From positions 1 to 12,745 of the forward strand of contig JBDRQD010000063.1 in assembly GCA_043826455.1 (NCBI GenBank): DNA of 12,745 bases. The letters run 5' to 3'. Within the stretch, counting starts at the first letter, position 1. Each line of letters begins with the position of its first letter. This DNA comes from Candidatus Bathyarchaeota archaeon. GTDB taxonomy: Archaea; Thermoproteota; Bathyarchaeia; TCS64. Under the pieces are notes generated by a model, which was not told the origin of the DNA, did not search any database, and worked only from the letters and a program-made list of their open reading frames with translations. Shown in pieces: positions 1-6,310 of the stretch. A program made the translations under genes and the position numbers.

Positions 1-318
1 GGTCTTCTGCATGGTTCTGCCCTCCTTGGGCCCTGCGAGGGTTCCTTCCACGTAGCCCTCGGCTCCTTTGATGACTGTGGTGAAGACCACACAGTTGTAC
101 CAGCCTCCTAAAAGGTCGGCTAGCCCGGAGCCCAGGCCCCCTGCTATGGCCCCCACCACGGGGCCGAAGGCCAGGCTGGTGATCACGACGATGGTGTCAC
201 CCAGGTTGAAGTAGCCGCTTGTGGCGGGGATGGGGAACACGAAGATCATGGTGGCTATGGTGGCTAGGGCGCCCATTACTCCTATTGCAGCTACCTGGCG
301 TGTATTGAGACCCGACAT
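1..318 (-). CDS. ECF transporter S-component (COG4720/HmpT-PdxU2-like), 3' end runs out of the window
   Basis: Not in the ORF track. Hand translation from ATG at 318 gives MSGLNTRQVAAIGVMGALATIATMIFVFPIPATSGYFNLGDTIVVITSLAFGPVVGAIAGGLGSGLADLLGGWYNCVVFTTVIKGAEGYVEG..., open to base 1. Hydrophobic helices with the P-x(3)-GY-x-N-x-GD loop and G-x(3)-G-x(3)-AD pattern typical of ECF S-components. Confidence 0.88.
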   Translation of the reverse strand, partial: MSGLNTRQVAAIGVMGALATIATMIFVFPIPATSGYFNLGDTIVVITSLAFGPVVGAIAGGLGSGLADLLGGWYNCVVFTTVIKGAEGYVEGTLAGPKEGRTMQKT

Positions 319-324
319 GAGGTG

Positions 325-342
325 TTATAGTTATAACTATAA
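325..342. promoter_or_regulatory. Perfect 18-bp palindrome TTATAGTTATAACTATAA, putative repressor operator
   Basis: The sequence equals its own reverse complement. It lies between the minus-strand TATA box and the S-component ATG, with 6 nt separating it from the ATG. Confidence 0.65.
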
Positions 343-349
343 TATAAAA
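342..349 (-). promoter_or_regulatory. Archaeal TATA box (TTTTATAT) for the ECF S-component, probably a leaderless transcript
   Basis: Minus-strand TTTTATAT located 24-31 nt upstream of ATG 318. Confidence 0.6.
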
Positions 350-355
350 TATTCT

Positions 356-378
356 AGTTGAAACTATAGCATTCAACT
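356..378. repeat. Inverted repeat AGTTGAA-N9-TTCAACT
   Basis: Arms at 356-362 and 372-378. It abuts the stop codon of the ThrC-fusion gene and lies just upstream of the S-component TATA box. Confidence 0.5.
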
Positions 379-1785
379 TTAGAGCAGAACCTGCAGCTCG
401 TCCAAGGCCTCCAATACGCGTCTACCTCGCTCAGTGATCTCCAGAAGCTTACGTTTGCCCTCCGAAGAGGAAGAGATGAGGCCCCTGCCCTCAAGGTCCG
501 TGAGATGCTGGTAGACTGCCCCCAGGGTCATATCGCTGCCCAGGCTCTTCCATATGGCGTAACCGTATGTCGGCTGCTGGTTTATAATTCTTAGAACCCG
601 CTCCTTTGTGGCTAACCTGGAGCCCAGCCGGGGTGCCTTCTTGTGCTTGGTCAGGCTGCTCAGAATGTCATCTGTCTTGAGGCCGCTGCTGGTAACCAAG
701 CAAACCACTGTTTCGCCGAGACCGATCAGGCTCCTCACCTCATCCAATTTGAGGCAGGCCACTGGTGCGCTGGAAGCGGGCTCAGCGAAGATTCCCTCGT
801 ACTTCGCTATGTCTTTTCCCGCGGCGATCATGTCGTCATCAGACACGGACACAGCTGAGCCGCCTGACTCTCTGAGTGCCTTGAGGGCCAGCTCTCCGTA
901 TATGGGGTCAGAGACTCTGATGGCTGAGGCCACAGTCTCCCCCTTGACATGTTTAGGTTCATCTAGTCCATCATGGTAGGCCGTGGTTATGGGGGAGCAT
1001 CCCTGGGCTTGGACTCCGATGATCCTGGGCTTCTCCTGTATGAGGCCCAGCTCCTCCATCTCCTTGAAGCCCTTCCAAACACTGTGGAGGGTGGCGCCGC
1101 TCCCCATGGCTACGAGGACCCAGTCCGGGACGCCCTGCTGCTCCACCAGCTCGTAGCTGATGGTCTTGAGGCCCTCCACACTCAGGGGGTTGAGCTCAGT
1201 GGTGGCCTGGTACCAGCCCATCTCCTCCTCCAGCCTCTGGGCTCTGACGATGGCTTCCTCGATGCTGTCCCCGGCCTCCACTATCTTAGCATCATACATC
1301 ATCATCTGGGCCAGCTTGCCCAGGTCCACGGCCTTGGGGACTATGAGGTTACACTGGATATCCACGCGGGCCGCGTAGGCGGACACCGAGGCTCCGTGGT
1401 TGCCGTTGGTGGCGCATATCAAGCTATCGTAGCCCCTGCTCGCGGCGTCCGATACTATAAGAGCTGCCGACCTGTCCTTGAAGCTGCTGGTGGGGTTCCT
1501 GGTCTCGTCCTTCAGGTACAGGTTCTCCACCTTTAGGATCTCGGCCAGCCGCTGAGCCCTCTGGAGGGGCGTCCCACCTTCGCCCAAGCTCACCGTCCTA
1601 GTGATCTTGGGGAGCACGGGTCGGTACCTCCAGAAGGTGAGGGGCCCCGTGAAGTTGATGGGCCCCGAGCCAGGCTCAATCCTGTACTCTAGGATGCCTC
1701 CGCACTTTTCGCATCTGTGCCTAGGGATGTCAGCTTTATACATCCTTCCGCAACGGAAGCACGTGAGGCTTGAGCGAGAACTCAT
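379..1785 (-). CDS. Threonine synthase-like fold-type-II PLP protein with N-terminal Zn-ribbon and C-terminal PadR-like winged-helix domain
   Basis: CxxC...CxxC N-terminus, SLGEGGTPL, KDETRNPTSSFKDR (PLP Lys codon 1477-1479), EGLKT, EGIFAEPASS. The extra C-terminal ~75 aa (379-609) has YGYAI...GAVYQHLTDLEGRGLI...RKLLEITERGR, a PadR-type wHTH pattern. ATG 1785 is preferred over TTG 1788. Confidence 0.88.
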   Translation of the reverse strand: MSSRSSLTCFRCGRMYKADIPRHRCEKCGGILEYRIEPGSGPINFTGPLTFWRYRPVLPKITRTVSLGEGGTPLQRAQRLAEILKVENLYLKDETRNPTSSFKDRSAALIVSDAASRGYDSLICATNGNHGASVSAYAARVDIQCNLIVPKAVDLGKLAQMMMYDAKIVEAGDSIEEAIVRAQRLEEEMGWYQATTELNPLSVEGLKTISYELVEQQGVPDWVLVAMGSGATLHSVWKGFKEMEELGLIQEKPRIIGVQAQGCSPITTAYHDGLDEPKHVKGETVASAIRVSDPIYGELALKALRESGGSAVSVSDDDMIAAGKDIAKYEGIFAEPASSAPVACLKLDEVRSLIGLGETVVCLVTSSGLKTDDILSSLTKHKKAPRLGSRLATKERVLRIINQQPTYGYAIWKSLGSDMTLGAVYQHLTDLEGRGLISSSSEGKRKLLEITERGRRVLEALDELQVLL

Positions 1786-1865
1786 CAAATAGACTATGAT
1801 GTGACCCGTTTTATGCTTATGCCAATTCTTTTATGGGCACCCATGCATCAGTTCACGTAACGGCC

Positions 1866-2162
1866 TTGAAGCTCTCTGAACTTAGACCCGGCATGGAGAA
1901 TGTTACCTTGGAAGTGGAGCTTCTGAGCCTGGAGGAGCCCAGGGAGGTAGAGACGTACACAGGGCTGAAGCACACCATTTTGGAGGGCGTGGTTCGAGAC
2001 GCCTCAGGGTCCATGGGTCTCACCGTGTGGAATGAGAGGATAGAGGAGCTGAAGGGGATCAAGCCTGGCGATGAACTGCTGCTGGCAGGCGTGTTCGTGT
2101 CCAGCTACAAGGGAGAGCTCTCAGCCAACGTGGGAAGAGACTCGAGCATATCTAAACGGTGA
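1866..2162 (+). CDS. Single OB-fold single-stranded DNA-binding protein (crenarchaeal SSB/RPA-like)
   Basis: KLSELRPGMENV...VRDASGSMGLTVWNE...IKPGD...SSYKGELSANVGR matches the Sulfolobus-type SSB OB-fold pattern. Start is uncertain: TTG 1866 (TTTTATG about 30 nt upstream) or ATG 1833. Confidence 0.8.
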   Translation: MKLSELRPGMENVTLEVELLSLEEPREVETYTGLKHTILEGVVRDASGSMGLTVWNERIEELKGIKPGDELLLAGVFVSSYKGELSANVGRDSSISKR

Positions 2163-2166
2163 TGCC

Positions 2167-2739
2167 ATGGAGTCTGAGATCATCCAGCGCCTTGTAGCGG
2201 AGTCAAGGAAGCGGCAGAGGCTCGCCGGGTGCCACGGATACGAGCACACCGAACGAGTCATAGAGCTGTGCAAGCGGCTGGGCGCCCAGCTTGGGGCCGA
2301 CATGGGCGTCCTTCTCCCAGCCGCCATACTTCACGACATATCAAGGGAGGAGACGGACCACGCCGAGCGGGGCGCCGCTGAGGCTGCCAAGATACTGGAA
2401 GAGACAGGATATGACCCCAGGAAGATACCCTTGATCTGCGAAGCCATACGTGCTCACAGCTTCAGCCGCGGAGAGAGGGCCAGGACCCTCGAGGCTATGA
2501 TCCTGAGCGACGCGGACAAGTTGGACGCCATGGGCGCGGTGGGAATATACAGGACGACCCTCTACAGCGGTGAGCTAATGAGGCCCGTGGAGGAGTTCAT
2601 CGAGCACTTCCACGAGAAGCTCCTCACATTGAAGGACCTTCTCTTCACGGATGAGGCCCGCGTATTGGCTGAGGATAGGCACAGGTACATGCTGGAGTAC
2701 CTTGAGGAGTTCATGAGGGAGCTGAGGGCTGAGGCTTAG
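2167..2739 (+). CDS. HD-domain metal-dependent phosphohydrolase (YedJ/YpgQ-like)
   Basis: HGYEHTERV, AAILHDI, HA...AHS, DADKLDAMGAVGIYR, HFHEKLL motifs. SD GGTGAT at 2158-2163 precedes ATG 2167. Confidence 0.88.
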   Translation: MESEIIQRLVAESRKRQRLAGCHGYEHTERVIELCKRLGAQLGADMGVLLPAAILHDISREETDHAERGAAEAAKILEETGYDPRKIPLICEAIRAHSFSRGERARTLEAMILSDADKLDAMGAVGIYRTTLYSGELMRPVEEFIEHFHEKLLTLKDLLFTDEARVLAEDRHRYMLEYLEEFMRELRAEA

Positions 2740-3302
2740 CCGGAGCCCCAGCGCCTGTAAAGCTCGTTGGCCACGTTGAGCTGGTCCAGCACCTTGCCGA
2801 CTATGAAGTCAGCGACATCCTCAATGGTCTCCGGCTTATGGTAGAAGGCGGGCATGGCTGGGAGAATAACAGCCCCTGCTTTGCTGAGCTTGGCCATGTT
2901 CTCGAGGTGGATGGCGTGGAGGGGCGTCTCCCTCGGGACCAGAATGAGGGGCCTCCTCTCCTTGAGGTGGACGTCCGCGGCTCGGGTGACCAGGTTGGGT
3001 ACGTACCCGTTGGCTAGGGCGCCAATGGTCTTCATGGAGGCAGGTATGACGACCATGGCGTCCACCCTGAAGCTACCGCTGGCTATGGGCGCCTCCAGCG
3101 CGTCCGGATCATAGCTACGGTCAGCCAGTTCTAGGAGCTTCGAGGTGCCGCCGATCTCGTGGCCTGCCACCTTCTCGGCTGCCTCTGTGACGATCAGGTG
3201 AGTCTCGATGCCCAGGTCGCGGCAAGCCTTGAGCAGCCTTACAGCGTATATAGTTCCGCTAGCCCCCGTGACGGCTACGATGATCCTCAAGCCCAGTGAC
3301 AC
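2736..3302 (-). CDS. ubiX: Flavin prenyltransferase UbiX/Pad1
   Basis: VAVTGASG, APIASGSF, PASMKT, RAADVHLKERRPLILVPRETP, PAMPAFYHKP. The convergent stop codons overlap the HD gene by 4 nt. Start is GTG 3302 or TTG 3290; minus-strand TTTATAAC about 25 nt upstream. Confidence 0.95.
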   Translation of the reverse strand: MSLGLRIIVAVTGASGTIYAVRLLKACRDLGIETHLIVTEAAEKVAGHEIGGTSKLLELADRSYDPDALEAPIASGSFRVDAMVVIPASMKTIGALANGYVPNLVTRAADVHLKERRPLILVPRETPLHAIHLENMAKLSKAGAVILPAMPAFYHKPETIEDVADFIVGKVLDQLNVANELYRRWGSG

Positions 3303-3346
3303 CTAGCTGAATAGAGAATCGATGTGTTATAAACTGATTTGGGAGC

Positions 3347-3598
3347 TTACTCTCCCGGCGGGGGCACTGTAGGCTCTATACATATGTATAGGATGTTGTT
3401 TCCCCTAATGAACACGTCTCCATATGACGCTAAGAGGCCGCCGTCGTCGTACTCCTTGGCTCCCTTGAGCATCATGTTCATGTAGCCGTCGGCCCTGGTC
3501 ATCTTTCCCCAGTACTCGCCTCTTCCCTTGAGGGCTACTGCTACGTTACTTCCGACTGCCTTTATCAGAACGTTCAATGGTTTCTTGCGTGGCTCCAA
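3347..3598 (-). CDS. Sm-like (Lsm/SmAP) RNA-binding protein
   Basis: KPLNVL..., Sm1 motif YWGKMTRADGYMNMML, Sm2 motif GDVFIRGNNILYI. TTG 3598 is preceded by GGTG 7 nt upstream. Confidence 0.9.
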   Translation of the reverse strand: MEPRKKPLNVLIKAVGSNVAVALKGRGEYWGKMTRADGYMNMMLKGAKEYDDGGLLASYGDVFIRGNNILYICIEPTVPPPGE

Positions 3599-3643
3599 AC
3601 TAGTACACCGTTTCTGAAGTAATGAATAGTGCATTAGAGCATC

Positions 3644-3660
3644 ATATAAAAGCTTTCTGA
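3644..3660 (-). promoter_or_regulatory. BRE/TATA promoter of the Sm-like gene
   Basis: Minus strand reads TCAGAAAGC-TTTTATAT, a purine-rich BRE followed by a TATA box, about 46 nt upstream of TTG 3598. Confidence 0.55.
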
Positions 3661-3692
3661 AACCTGCCCTTTTTCAAGGTTATTTTGCTGAG

Positions 3693-4238
3693 TCACTCAG
3701 CTAAGGCTATCCAGTCGTTTGTGTTTTCGGTGTCAGTTATTCTTGCTAGTTTTAGACTTGATTTTTCTATCAAGGCTCTGAGCTCATCCAGGGTCATGGT
3801 CTTCCTGTGGACGGTCACTACGTGTTTCGCCCTCTTAGAGGCGGCTCTCCTGGACTCCGCCAGCATCTTCTCGGGGTGGGGTAAGTTCTGGAGAACTGTG
3901 AAACTGAAAGTAATGTCTAGGGCTCCGTCTCGTAGTGGCAGGCTCTCGGAGTCTCCGTTCACAAGATGGACCTTTTCCTTGAACATTGCACGTATTCTAG
4001 CCTCGCCGAGCAAAGCTGGTGAGAGGTCCAGGCCAACAACATAGGAGTCCAGCTCCTCAAGGAATAGCCCGGTACCACACCCGTTGTCCAGCGCGGTCTG
4101 CCACGGCTCAACCTCCACGAGGTTCAGAGCCTCCCGGTACTTGGCTCTCTGCTCTTCGCCGTACCTGAGGTCGTACAGCCTGGCCCCAAGCTCGTCGTAC
4201 CTGTCCCTGATCAGGGCCTTACGGGGTTCTTCACTCAT
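3693..4238 (-). CDS. Class I SAM-dependent methyltransferase (Methyltransf_11-like)
   Basis: Motif I ALDNGCGTGL, VVGLDLS, GDSESLPL, DITFSFTVLQN. Confidence 0.9.
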   Translation of the reverse strand: MSEEPRKALIRDRYDELGARLYDLRYGEEQRAKYREALNLVEVEPWQTALDNGCGTGLFLEELDSYVVGLDLSPALLGEARIRAMFKEKVHLVNGDSESLPLRDGALDITFSFTVLQNLPHPEKMLAESRRAASKRAKHVVTVHRKTMTLDELRALIEKSSLKLARITDTENTNDWIALAE

Positions 4239-4295
4239 GCCGCGGTTCTCCGACCCTCTAAATACCCGTTGAGGTATCTATCCTACGTGGTTTAA

Positions 4296-5783
4296 ATGGT
4301 TGAAGGTGAGAAGCCGGACTGGGAGAGGTTCGGACGCGCCAGTAAGCAGAGCGCGCCCGAGATCCAGGAGCTTAACGCTTGGAGAGCCCATCCTAAGAGC
4401 TTCGACGTGGCCTCCTACTACTGCCAGATGTGGATACACAGGGCCCACGTTGTGATGCTTCAGGAGCAAGGAATTATCACTGAGGTAGAGGCTGCCACCA
4501 TACTTAGAGGACTGGATGTGGTCGAGAAATTGGCAGAGGAGGACCCCAGGCTCACGGTCTACATGTCCACGGAGACCGCTCTCATCAATGAGGTCGGTGA
4601 GGTGGGGGGCAAGATGCATACAGCTCGGAGTAGGAACGACCTGGGCCACACCCAGAGGAGGCTCTACTACAGAGATCAGGCTGAGAGGCTGATAGGCGCA
4701 GTGATAGAGTTCAGGGAGCGGCTCATCGAGGCAGCTGAGGCAAACCTGGAGTCCTACATGCCCGGGTACACCCACTGGAGGCAGGCCCAGCCCGTGACCC
4801 TGGCCCACTACATCATGGCTCACGTGGAGGCGGCGTGTAGGACAGTTGACCGGCTTGAGGGAGTCTACAGGTGCACGGACCTATCCCCCATGGGGGCATC
4901 CGCCTTCGCTGGGACCGGGTGGAGCATCGACAGGCACAGGGTCATGGAGCTCCTGGGGTTCCCGGGCCTAGTGGAGAACACCCAGGACGCCGTCGCCGCC
5001 ATCGACTACTTCATGGAGCTGTCAGCCGCCGTTGCCATCCACATGAGCAACCTGAGCAGGCTGGCCGAGGACTTCCAGATCTGGAGCAGCGACGAGTACA
5101 GGCTCTTGGACTTCGACGAGGCCTACGCGGGGACCAGCAGCATAATGCCTCAGAAGAAGAACCCCCTCATCCTTGAGCAGGTGAAGAGCTACGCGGCTGA
5201 GGCCCTGGGCGACATGGTTGCGGTGGTGGCCAGCATGAAGGGGACGGCCTACACTAACATAGTGGACCGTGTCATGCTGGAGCCCGTCTCCCTGGACACA
5301 GCCGTGGGGGCGACGAGAGTCATGGCGGGCCTCGTGGAGACGCTCACCCCCATGAAGGAGAACATGATGATGAGACTCAGGGAGGGCTACTCCACCATGA
5401 CGGAGCTGGCGGACACCCTGGTGAGGCTCCACGGGCTGGGCTTCAGGCAGGCCCATGATATTGTGGTTGAGGTGACGCTAGAAGCCATCAATGACGGCAT
5501 CAGGGCTGAGGGTATATCGCCGGAGATGGTGGAGAAAGCGTCAATGAAAATAGTTGGTAAACCCTTCAAGGTCCCGGCGGAGGAGTTGCTGGAGGCACTG
5601 GACCCCATCAGCAACGTTAAGAGGAGAAGCCTGCCCGGTGGACCGGCTCCTGAGGCCGTTAAAGACATGATCTTGGGGCAGCGGAGGAGGCTGGAGGAAG
5701 AGAAGGCCCGGAGGATGGATAGGCTGAAGGCCATCGACCGGGCAAAGGTTATACTCGCCGAAGCGGAGAGCCTGTTGAAGTGA
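4296..5783 (+). CDS. Aspartase/fumarase-superfamily C-N lyase (argininosuccinate lyase family; EDDS-lyase-like)
   Basis: HTARSRND, MPGYTHWRQAQP, signature GTSSIMPQKKNP, FRQAHDIV. The N-terminus and middle region resemble EDDS lyase more than canonical ArgH, based on my recollection of that sequence. Confidence 0.88.
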   Translation: MVEGEKPDWERFGRASKQSAPEIQELNAWRAHPKSFDVASYYCQMWIHRAHVVMLQEQGIITEVEAATILRGLDVVEKLAEEDPRLTVYMSTETALINEVGEVGGKMHTARSRNDLGHTQRRLYYRDQAERLIGAVIEFRERLIEAAEANLESYMPGYTHWRQAQPVTLAHYIMAHVEAACRTVDRLEGVYRCTDLSPMGASAFAGTGWSIDRHRVMELLGFPGLVENTQDAVAAIDYFMELSAAVAIHMSNLSRLAEDFQIWSSDEYRLLDFDEAYAGTSSIMPQKKNPLILEQVKSYAAEALGDMVAVVASMKGTAYTNIVDRVMLEPVSLDTAVGATRVMAGLVETLTPMKENMMMRLREGYSTMTELADTLVRLHGLGFRQAHDIVVEVTLEAINDGIRAEGISPEMVEKASMKIVGKPFKVPAEELLEALDPISNVKRRSLPGGPAPEAVKDMILGQRRRLEEEKARRMDRLKAIDRAKVILAEAESLLK

Positions 5784-6295
5784 TGAAGTTGGAAGCACTC
5801 GAAGCCATAATGACCAGGAGAAGCATAAGGAAGTACGCTGACAAGCCTGTTAGCGACGAGACCGTCAAGAAGCTGCTGGAGGCCGCCATGGCGGCGCCCT
5901 CCGCCCACAACAGGCAGCCGTGGCACTTCATAGTCATCAGGGACAGGGCGACCTTGAACAAGATACCCGAGTACCACCAGTACAGCAAGATGCTGGCTCA
6001 GGCCGCTGTGGGTATCGTCGTCTGCGGCGACAACACGGTGCAGGAGACCGACTTCTGGTTACATGACTGTTCTGCCGCCACGGAGAATATACTAATAGCT
6101 GTCAACGCTCTGGGGCTGGGCGCCGTCTGGCTGGGGGTCCACCCGTCAAAGCAGCTCATAGATGACACCAGGAAGCTGCTGGGTATACCCAGCCACGTTA
6201 CCCCGCTGGGCATAGTGTCCGTCGGCTACCCTGAGGAGCAGAAGCCGCCTCGGCAGAACTATAACCCTGAGCGGGTTCACAGAAACAGGTGGTAA
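5783..6295 (+). CDS. Nitroreductase-family flavoprotein
   Basis: AIMTRRSIRKY, AAPSAHNRQPWHF, DCSAATENILIAVNALGLGAVW, VGYP. The ATG overlaps the lyase stop (TGATG). Confidence 0.93.
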   Translation: MKLEALEAIMTRRSIRKYADKPVSDETVKKLLEAAMAAPSAHNRQPWHFIVIRDRATLNKIPEYHQYSKMLAQAAVGIVVCGDNTVQETDFWLHDCSAATENILIAVNALGLGAVWLGVHPSKQLIDDTRKLLGIPSHVTPLGIVSVGYPEEQKPPRQNYNPERVHRNRW

Positions 6296-6310
6296 CCCCA
6301 CACACATTTC

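Noticed and set aside
608..1792. Plus-strand ORFs antisense to the ThrC fusion (608-979, 643-858, 973-1536, 1160-1378, 1601-1792)
   Set aside because: Shadow ORFs of a GC-rich coding strand, with no recognisable motifs.
2071..2166. ORF-track N-terminal extension of the HD protein (similar extensions for Sm 3599-3634 and IlvD 9208-9276)
   Set aside because: The extensions overlap the upstream gene or the promoter/leader region. SD or TATA positions and family N-termini support the later starts.
4278..6213. Long antisense and off-frame ORFs over the lyase and nitroreductase (e.g. 4278-4823, 5022-5456, 5387-5977)
   Set aside because: They fully overlap well-supported genes, and their composition is typical of reverse-frame artefacts.
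6296..6310. Short CA run between convergent stops; also TTATGC x2 at 1811-1822
   Set aside because: Too short to distinguish from chance.
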